A DNA stretch of 63,030 nt, filler included, from Deltaproteobacteria bacterium (GTDB lineage: Bacteria; JAUYMQ01), in assembly GCA_030698575.1 (NCBI GenBank). It is 7 parts of 7 records of this genome, joined end to end, with 100 filler letters (N's around TTAATTAATTAA, not from the genome) between each part and the next. Parts side by side here need not be neighbours in the genome. Positions count along the whole stretch, not along the records: positions 44,895 to 63,030 come from JAUYMQ010000382.1; 6 more parts are not named here. One strand, 5' to 3'. The position numbers were made by a program, and so were the translations under genes. The notes under the pieces were generated by a model. That model was not told the DNA's origin. It ran no database searches and saw nothing but the letters and a program-made list of their open reading frames with translations. Each line of letters opens with the position of its first letter. The first letter of the stretch is position 1. This document shows positions 53,661 to 63,030 of the stretch, piece after piece.

Positions 53661-54539
53661 ATGAGGCGTTCCCGGCTGACAGCCCGCCTCGGGCTTGCGT
53701 TGCTCCTCACTCTGCCACCGCTCGTCACCGGCTGCGCCAACAAAGAGCCGGCGCAGATCGATCGCCTGCTCACCGCCGAGGAACTCTACGAGCGCGGTAT
53801 CGGGCAACTCAAACCGCACCGGAGCTTCCTCTTCTTCGAAGGCGTCGACACCGACGACGCCGTCGCGACTTTCCAGCAGATTATCGACAATTTTCCGGCC
53901 TCAGAGTACGCCCTCCAGGCGGAATTGATGATCGGACAGGCCTACTTCGACGACGGCCGGTATGAAGAGGCATCGGTATTCTACGAGGATTTCGTCAAGA
54001 CGCATCCGACTCATGGCAGCGTCCCGCAGGCCATCTACCAGGCGGGCATGTGCAAGTTCAACAAGCTTCCTACCGAGGATCGGGATCAAACGCCGACCAA
54101 GGACGCCGCCGGATTCTTCGAGTTGCTGATTAACAAGTTTCCCGGAACGCCTTTCGCCGACAAGGGACAGGAACGCCTGAGGGAGTGCAAGGGGAGACTC
54201 GCCGAGCACGACTACGCAGTTGCGGAATTCTATGTGAAGCAGAGCGACTATCAGGGCGCCCTCAACCGCTGCAGCGCCATGTTGGCGAACTATCCTGACT
54301 CCGGTCACGAAGCGCAGGCGCTCTACTGCATTGGCGAAGCCCACTTCCACCTTGCGCAGCCGGAGCTGGCGCGCGACGCGTTCCAGCTTCTCGTCGAGGA
54401 TTATCCATCGGATCCCAAGGCGGAACTCGCGCGCAGCTATATGGCCCGTCTCGACTCGCTGAACGATTCGCTGGAGGATGAGGCGTACGATACCCGCGAG
54501 AAAGAGATCGCGCGGGGTTCCCTGGATCCGGAATACTGA
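53661..54539 (+). CDS. bamD: Outer membrane protein assembly factor BamD (TPR lipoprotein)
   Basis: Lipobox VTGC, TPR repeats, DRDQTPT and LAEHDYAVAEFY motifs. Confidence 0.9.
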   Translation: MRRSRLTARLGLALLLTLPPLVTGCANKEPAQIDRLLTAEELYERGIGQLKPHRSFLFFEGVDTDDAVATFQQIIDNFPASEYALQAELMIGQAYFDDGRYEEASVFYEDFVKTHPTHGSVPQAIYQAGMCKFNKLPTEDRDQTPTKDAAGFFELLINKFPGTPFADKGQERLRECKGRLAEHDYAVAEFYVKQSDYQGALNRCSAMLANYPDSGHEAQALYCIGEAHFHLAQPELARDAFQLLVEDYPSDPKAELARSYMARLDSLNDSLEDEAYDTREKEIARGSLDPEY

Positions 54540-54542
54540 TTG

Positions 54543-57188
<2,646 letters not shown>

Positions 57189-57245
57189 GGGCGAAAGATA
57201 CCCCAAGGCCGGAGAAGGCGGCAAGGGGACGCTCCCTCCCGGCCC

Positions 57246-57278
57246 AACGAGAAGCGCCGGTCCGCGTGGGACCGGCGC
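57246..57278 (-). terminator. Putative terminator after pilT
   Basis: Perfect 10-bp stem GCGCCGGTCC / GGACCGGCGC followed on the minus strand by TTCTCGTT. Confidence 0.45.
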
Positions 57279-57301
57279 CGGGCGAACCTCCGTCGAGGGG
57301 C

Positions 57302-58489
57302 CTAGAAGCGTTCGATGGCCAGCTCGTCCTCGTTATCCTTCTTCTCTTTGTCGGTTTTCGCCTCTCCCTCGGCCCCTTCCTCGGAATGTTCAAAATCATC
57401 CCAGGTGGAATCGCTGGTCGCCGAGATGCCGCGGAACCGAAGCGCGAAGTCGTCGGGATTCGAGACATAGCGGAGCGCCTCGTCGTAGGAGACGAGGCCG
57501 TTCTTCACCAGCTGCATGAGCGACTGATCGAAGGTCTGCATGCCGTAGGTTGTGAACCCCTTGGCGATCGCGTCGGGGATCTCCTTGGTGCGTTCCTTGT
57601 CGATGATGCACTCGCGGATGCGCGCCGTCGAGACGAGAACCTCGAGCGCCGGCACGCGCCCCCGGCCGTCGGCCCGCGGAACGAGCCGCTGGGAGATGAT
57701 CCCCTTGATGATGGACGCGAGCTGAAGGCGCACCTGCTTCTGCTGGTAGGGCGGAAAGACCGACACGATCCGGGTGATGGTCTCGGTTGCGTCGATCGTG
57801 TGCAGGGTGCTCATGACCAGGTGCCCGGTTTCGGCGGCGGTAAGCGCGGTTTCAATGGTTTCGAGATCGCGCATTTCGCCCACGAGAATAACGTCCGGGT
57901 CCTGCCGCAGCGACGACCGCAGGGCGCCCGCGAAGGATCTCGTGTCGACCCCGATCTCCCTCTGATTCACGATCGACTTCTTGTCGCGGATGAGGAATTC
58001 GATCGGGTCCTCGATGGTGATGACGTGTGCCGTCCGGTGCGTGTTGATGTGGTCGATCATGGCCGCCAGGGACGTCGACTTGCCGCTGCCCGTGGTCCCG
58101 GTGACCAGGATCATGCCGCGGTTTTCCATCGCAATGCGTTCGACGATCTTCGGCAGGTTCAGCTGTTCGATGCTCTGGATGCCGAAAGGGATGACCCGGA
58201 AGACGATGCCGATGGTCCCGCGCTGCTGGAACACGTTCACGCGGAAGCGGCCCAGGCCCGGAACGCCATAGGCCAGGTCGACCTCGTTCGTTTCCTCGAA
58301 CCGCGTCCGCTGGTAGTTGTTCATGATCGAGGCGGACATCTTGTTGATGTCCTCCGGCATCAAGCGCGGCGCCTTCTTGTACGGCACCAGAGCGCCGTCG
58401 ATGCGAAACATGGGAGGCAGGCCGGCCTTGACGTGAATATCCGAGGCCCCTCCCTTCACAGCTACCTTGAGTATCTCGTTCAGCTCCAT
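57302..58489 (-). CDS. pilT: PilT/PilU family type IV pilus retraction ATPase
   Basis: GTTGSGKST, TIEDPIE, LRQDPDVILVGEMRD, AETGHLVMSTLHT, GMQTFDQSL. Confidence 0.9.
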   Translation of the reverse strand: MELNEILKVAVKGGASDIHVKAGLPPMFRIDGALVPYKKAPRLMPEDINKMSASIMNNYQRTRFEETNEVDLAYGVPGLGRFRVNVFQQRGTIGIVFRVIPFGIQSIEQLNLPKIVERIAMENRGMILVTGTTGSGKSTSLAAMIDHINTHRTAHVITIEDPIEFLIRDKKSIVNQREIGVDTRSFAGALRSSLRQDPDVILVGEMRDLETIETALTAAETGHLVMSTLHTIDATETITRIVSVFPPYQQKQVRLQLASIIKGIISQRLVPRADGRGRVPALEVLVSTARIRECIIDKERTKEIPDAIAKGFTTYGMQTFDQSLMQLVKNGLVSYDEALRYVSNPDDFALRFRGISATSDSTWDDFEHSEEGAEGEAKTDKEKKDNEDELAIERF

Positions 58490-58554
58490 GCATGATCTCC
58501 ACGCCGCGCGCGCCGTGGCGACCCAGGGATGTCGCCGCGGTGATGCGCAGTGCC

Positions 58555-59643
58555 TTACTTGCCGCGTCCCCGGGGTTCCTTCTTCGGGTCTGAAGCGTTC
58601 TCAGCGGCCTCCCTGGGCGCGGCGGTGTCGTGAACCAGCCGCTGCTTCTTGATTCCGTAGTGCTGGTAAACCTTCTCCTCGAGATCGGCCAGAACCTCCG
58701 GGTGTTCCTTCAGGAAGGCCTTGGCGTTCTCCCGGCCCTGCCCGATCCGCTCGCCGGCATAGGAGTACCAGGCGCCGCTCTTCTCGATGAGGTTCAGGTT
58801 CGACGCCAGATCGACCACATCGCCGGTTCGGGAAATACCCTCGCCGTAGATGATGTCGAATTCCGTCTCCTTGAAGGGCGGGGCTATCTTGTTCTTCACG
58901 ATCTTCACCCGGGTCCGGCTTCCCGTCACGTCCTGCCCGTCCTTGATGGCGCCGATCCGCCGGATGTCCATGCGGACGGAGGAGTAGAACTTCAAAGCGT
59001 TCCCTCCGGGTGTGGTTTCAGGGTTGCCGAACATGACGCCTATCTTCATGCGAATCTGGTTGATGAAGACGACCGTTGTTCTCGACTTCGAGATGGTCGC
59101 GGTCAGCTTCCGGAGCGCCTGGGACATCAGACGCGCCTGCAAGCCCATGTGCGCGTCACCCATTTGCCCCTCGATCTCGGCCTGGGGAACCAGGGCGGCC
59201 ACCGAGTCGATCACGAGCACGTCGATAGCTGCCGATCGCACAAGCATCTCCACGATCTCGAGCGCCTGTTCACCCGTGTCGGGCTGGCTGATGAGCAGAT
59301 CGTCCGTGCGCACGCCCAGGAGCCGCGCGTAGTTCACGTCGAGGGCGTGCTCGGCGTCGATGAAGGCCGCCGCGCCGCCCTGGCGCTGGGCCTCCGCAAC
59401 AATGTGGAGCGCCAGCGTGGTCTTGCCCGACGACTCCGGCCCGTAGATCTCGACCACCCTGCCCCGGGGGACACCGCCGATGCCCAGGGCGATGTCGAGG
59501 CCGACGCTCCCGGTCCCGATCGACTCGATGTCGGGGATGATGGCGTCGCTCCCCAGACGCATGATCGCCCCTTTGCCGAATTGCTTCTCGATGGCGGCGA
59601 CCGCGAGGTCGATGGCCTTCTGCTGATTCGTATCGAGTGACAT
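58555..59643 (-). CDS. recA: Recombinase RecA
   Basis: [30 protein letters not shown]. Confidence 0.98.
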   Translation of the reverse strand: MSLDTNQQKAIDLAVAAIEKQFGKGAIMRLGSDAIIPDIESIGTGSVGLDIALGIGGVPRGRVVEIYGPESSGKTTLALHIVAEAQRQGGAAAFIDAEHALDVNYARLLGVRTDDLLISQPDTGEQALEIVEMLVRSAAIDVLVIDSVAALVPQAEIEGQMGDAHMGLQARLMSQALRKLTATISKSRTTVVFINQIRMKIGVMFGNPETTPGGNALKFYSSVRMDIRRIGAIKDGQDVTGSRTRVKIVKNKIAPPFKETEFDIIYGEGISRTGDVVDLASNLNLIEKSGAWYSYAGERIGQGRENAKAFLKEHPEVLADLEEKVYQHYGIKKQRLVHDTAAPREAAENASDPKKEPRGRGK

Positions 59644-59767
59644 GCTTTCCTCCTCCTGCTGCGATCAGGGGGATGTAGGGTTGATATCGTCCTTTTGGCC
59701 GCCCTTCTTGAGCCGCCGATCGGACGATGGATGGGGGGCCGCGGAAGGCCGGCCCCGGTCTGTCTTC

Positions 59768-60442
59768 TCAGGAAGTTTCGTCCGCCCCGGGCGGCAGATC
59801 CGAATTTCTGCGCCGCCCCAGGGGGACCCGTCGCAAGGGGGTATGAACGGCGCCGCCAGGACCGAGTTCGCTCCGGAAGAGCGTCAGGGCATCGGCCGTG
59901 AAGCGGCCCAGGGGGCCCGGGTCCAGCCGGGCGATGAGGCCCGGCCAGTCGACGGAGCCGACACGAACCATCTTAACCCGACCCAGTGTCAAATGCGGAG
60001 AAAAGGCGCGGGTCTCTCTCGAAAAACCCGCCTTGCCGGCCGCGCCGTCGACCTTTCCGGCCAGATTGGAGAGCGCCTCCCGCCCCTCGCCGATGCCCAC
60101 CCAAAGCACCCGGGGCCGCCTCGGGGACGGGAACGCCCCGAGCCCCTCGAGCGAAACCGCGAAGGGAGAGAGCTTGGCGGCCTTGTGGGCGAGGGACTCG
60201 GAAAGGCGCTCGGCCTGGGAGGGACGCGTCGTGCCAAGAAACTTGAGGGTCAGGTGCAGGTTCCGGGGCCTGACCCAGCCGACGCCGGGCGCGTGCTCAC
60301 GGAGCCTGTCGATCAGCGCGGCGCAGCGCTGGCGAAGATCATCAGGGATTTCAATCGCCACAAAGGCGCGATAGGCCTCCTCCTCCTTCAGCCCCTCGCG
60401 CGCCCGGCCGGTCACGGGTGGCGGAGCACGGGCGGCCGGCAC
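59768..60442 (-). CDS. thpR: RNA 2',3'-cyclic phosphodiesterase (2H family); start uncertain
   Basis: Two HLTL motifs, RAFVAI, PRVLWVG; cinA-thpR-recA context. Confidence 0.9.
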   Translation of the reverse strand: MPAARAPPPVTGRAREGLKEEEAYRAFVAIEIPDDLRQRCAALIDRLREHAPGVGWVRPRNLHLTLKFLGTTRPSQAERLSESLAHKAAKLSPFAVSLEGLGAFPSPRRPRVLWVGIGEGREALSNLAGKVDGAAGKAGFSRETRAFSPHLTLGRVKMVRVGSVDWPGLIARLDPGPLGRFTADALTLFRSELGPGGAVHTPLRRVPLGRRRNSDLPPGADETS

Positions 60443-60452
60443 ACCTGCCGGC

Positions 60453-61724
60453 TCACCTGAACCGTCCCGCCCATTCCAGCCCCAGCACGTGCATGCGAAT
60501 CATGTTGAGCGCGATCGCGGCGCTCCAGTTCTTGATGTGCTCCCGATCGCCGAAGAACTGCAGCCTGTGCGCCCGCGTCCCCTCCGCGGTCGCCAGCGCG
60601 ATGAAGACCAGCCCGACGGGCTTCTCCTCCGTTCCTCCCGCGGGTCCCGCGATTCCGGTGATTGCGATTCCCAGGTCGACCCCCGCTGCGCGCCGAACTC
60701 CCTCGGCCATGGCGATCGCGACCGGCTCGCTCACGGCGCCGTGCGCCTCGAGCAGTGCTTCCGCCACACCCAGTTCCGCAGCCTTGGCTTCGTTCGAGTA
60801 GACCACCATCCCGCGCTCGAAGTAATCGGAACTTCCCGCCACGTTCGTCAGCCGGTGGGCAAGAAGGCCGCCGGAGCAGCTTTCGGCCGTGGCCAGGCGC
60901 AGCTTCCTCTCGCGCAGCAGTTCCCCGACCACCGCCTCGATGCGCCGATCGCTCTCGCCGATGACCAGATCGCCGAGCCGCGCTTCGATCTCGGCCCTCA
61001 CCCCATCGCGCCGTTCCTGCGCCTCGTCGGCGCTCGTTCCCTCGGCCACGATGCGGATGAGGTTCTCGGGAAAATCCGCGCGGAACCCCAGCGTTACCCC
61101 CGGTACGCCGGCGGCCGCATCCGAGAGGCGCTCGTCGAGCCGCGACTCACCGATCCCGAACACGCGCAGAAGCACTGTCGATTGGTGTGATCCCGGCGGG
61201 AGCAGGCCCTCCAGGAAGGGGAGAACCTCGTGCTCCATCATCCGTTTCATCTCCCGGGGAACCCCGGGCATGAAGAAGAAGTGGCGATCGGCTCGCGCCA
61301 TCCGGAAACCAGGCGCCGTGCCCAGCGGGTTCGGGAGAACAACGGCCCCTTCGGGAAACATCGCCTGGTTCCGGTTGTTCTCCGTCATCGGATAGTGCAC
61401 CCGCTCGAAGAACGCCTGGATCCCCGCCAGGACCGCCTCGTCCAGCCGCCGCTCGACCCCGAAGAAGCGCGCCGCGCAGGCGCTGGTGATGTCGTCCCGT
61501 GTTGGCCCCAGGCCGCCGGTCACGATCGCCACGCGCGCGCGCGACTCCGCCTCCCTAAAAGCCTGGAGGATGTCGGCCTCGACGTCGGCCACGACCGTGT
61601 GGCGCACGACCCGCCAGCCGGCATCGTCCAGCCGGGAGGAGAGATAAGCCGCATTGCCGTTCACGATCTCGCCGTTCAGGACTTCGTTCCCGATGGCGAT
61701 GATCTCCGCCGCGAGGGTTTCCAT
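60453..61724 (-). CDS. cinA: CinA-like competence/damage-inducible protein (MocF + NMN deamidase domains)
   Basis: IGNEVLNG, TGGLGPTRDD, PGVPREM, TAESCSGG, GAVSE, ITGIAGP. Confidence 0.93.
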   Translation of the reverse strand: METLAAEIIAIGNEVLNGEIVNGNAAYLSSRLDDAGWRVVRHTVVADVEADILQAFREAESRARVAIVTGGLGPTRDDITSACAARFFGVERRLDEAVLAGIQAFFERVHYPMTENNRNQAMFPEGAVVLPNPLGTAPGFRMARADRHFFFMPGVPREMKRMMEHEVLPFLEGLLPPGSHQSTVLLRVFGIGESRLDERLSDAAAGVPGVTLGFRADFPENLIRIVAEGTSADEAQERRDGVRAEIEARLGDLVIGESDRRIEAVVGELLRERKLRLATAESCSGGLLAHRLTNVAGSSDYFERGMVVYSNEAKAAELGVAEALLEAHGAVSEPVAIAMAEGVRRAAGVDLGIAITGIAGPAGGTEEKPVGLVFIALATAEGTRAHRLQFFGDREHIKNWSAAIALNMIRMHVLGLEWAGRFR

Positions 61725-61738
61725 GGGGTAATCCGGCG

Positions 61739-62230
61739 TCAAGAGGGAGGCAGGAACATCGCAACGATCCGGAGGGCGACGTTCGCGTAGATACCCGCCG
61801 CCACGTCGTCCAGCACGATGCCGTAGCCGCCCGGCAAGTTGCGTTCGATCCAGCGGATGGGGAAGGGCTTCAGGATATCAAACATCCGGAAGAAGACAAA
61901 GCCGGCAAGCAGCCCGCTCTCGATTGTGAAGGGTCCTGCTGAAAGCGTGCCGGTGGCGGGAAGGAAAGCGAGCGTGGTGAGCATGCCCACGACCTCGTCG
62001 ATGGTGACCTGACCGGGATCCTTCTGCCCGAAGATTTCGATCGCGCCCGCGCTGGCCCAGACCGCAAGCGCGATGCCGGAGAGCAGCGTGAGGACATAGA
62101 GCGGCGCGCCGAGCGCGCCGAAGCCGAGGACATAGAGCGCCAGGCCGACGAGCGCACCGGCGGTTCCGGGGGCAACCGGGGCATACCCGGAGCCGGCGCC
62201 TGTGGCGATGAAGAGCACGAAACCGCGCAC
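61739..62230 (-). CDS. pgpA: Phosphatidylglycerophosphatase A
   Basis: APGTAG, DPGQVTIDEVVG, FRMFDILKP, DDVAAG. Confidence 0.93.
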   Translation of the reverse strand: MRGFVLFIATGAGSGYAPVAPGTAGALVGLALYVLGFGALGAPLYVLTLLSGIALAVWASAGAIEIFGQKDPGQVTIDEVVGMLTTLAFLPATGTLSAGPFTIESGLLAGFVFFRMFDILKPFPIRWIERNLPGGYGIVLDDVAAGIYANVALRIVAMFLPPS

Positions 62231-62314
62231 GGAAACTCCTGGCTCGAGGCGATTGGCATGCCCTCCGCCGGGCGGGGGAGCGGAGGGAGGGACGCGGGTT
62301 GCGGGCCGGCCAGG

Positions 62315-62344
62315 AGTCTAGTCGCGCCGCGCGGGGGCTGTCAA
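62315..62344 (-). promoter_or_regulatory. Putative sigma70 promoter for pgpA-cinA-thpR-recA
   Basis: Minus strand TTGACA-N18-TAGACT. Confidence 0.55.
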
Positions 62345-62490
62345 CGCGCCGGGCCGTGCCCGGAAGCGTGGAAACCCTTACAACCCTTGAGGAAATTCCT
62401 CATTGCCGGCCTTCTCGCACCTCAAGTTTCTTCTTTTCCGGGCCGATGACAAGGGGGAGAAAGTTTGACCCCCAGCAGCGGGAAAACGGC

Positions 62491-63030
62491 ATGTCAGCGA
62501 ACACTTCCCAGCCCGTTCCCGAGCGGGTGCACTCCGCACCGGCTCGGGCGCAGAGTGACGGCGAGACCTCAGCCGTCGCGGGGTTCCTGCTCGCGCTCGT
62601 CAAGGCCATGAAGGGCGTCCAGTTCTATCCCGAGAGCCATCCCGCGCTCAAAGCCATTCTCGCAAAGTGCCACGCCTCTGCTGAACCGCTCTTCGCCATC
62701 CATCGCGTCCTCGCGTTCGAGGCGCGCAGCCAGAAAATCTTTTTCGCCGGGCAGCCGGTCTCTTCCGAGGTCCCCGAGATCCGGTCGCTCGCGACCGAAT
62801 GCGTGCATCGCCGCGTGCGCAAATTTCAGATCGACGAGGGCGTGCAGATGGCCGAGCTGGATCGCTTCGTCCGTGCACTGACCACTCCTCCCGACGCGCT
62901 CCAGATTGTGGGAGGAATCGAGCGGCACCTGTTCGGGCAGGAAGTGAAGCGGATCTCCGTCAACGAGGTGGACTACCAGGATCTTCTCTACGGGGAGCTC
63001 CCGGAGGATACGCAGGATGATCTCTTCGCG
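62491..63030 (+). CDS. N-terminal part of a protein resembling the start of deltaproteobacterial HEAT-repeat/HD-GYP proteins; runs off the window end
   Basis: Absent from the ORF track because it has no stop. Reads MSANTSQ...LVKAMKGVQFYPESHP...ELDRFVRAL...ISVNEVDY. Alternative in-frame ATG at 62446. Confidence 0.65.
   Translation, partial: MSANTSQPVPERVHSAPARAQSDGETSAVAGFLLALVKAMKGVQFYPESHPALKAILAKCHASAEPLFAIHRVLAFEARSQKIFFAGQPVSSEVPEIRSLATECVHRRVRKFQIDEGVQMAELDRFVRALTTPPDALQIVGGIERHLFGQEVKRISVNEVDYQDLLYGELPEDTQDDLFA

Noticed and set aside
59644-59767. Possible LexA box upstream of recA
   Set aside because: No convincing palindrome matching the LexA motifs I know.

Overview
This window is not one chromosome segment. 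It is seven contigs joined by artificial 100-bp spacers (N-run, TTAATTAATTAA, N-run), so gene neighbourhoods cannot be read across the spacers. The sequence is GC-rich. The housekeeping gene orders (lptC-lptA-lptB-rpoN-ptsN-hprK-rapZ-EIIA-HPr-ptsI-metK-ahcY; pgpA-cinA-thpR-recA-pilT-alaS; ispE-tRNA-Gln-prs-rplY-pth) suggest a deltaproteobacterial-type diderm, probably a metagenome bin. The most notable locus is contig 1: a translationally coupled operon with a CydA-like (bd oxidase subunit I-like) membrane protein lacking an adjacent CydB, a diheme and a monoheme c-type cytochrome, and a Tat-exported molybdoenzyme alpha subunit of the periplasmic Nitrospira/Nitrospina/anammox NxrA type with a divergent active-site region. 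Other points of interest: a frameshifted, probably sigma54-driven large surface protein; an LptA fused to an extra N-terminal domain; a candidate multi-stem structured RNA between rpoN and ptsN where hpf usually lies; two copies of a ~98-bp palindromic REP/MITE-like element; a multi-GAF protein with a degenerate GGDEF domain and intact I-site; and an F420-dependent (Ddn-family) oxidoreductase. All calls come from motif recognition by eye; no database searches were run.
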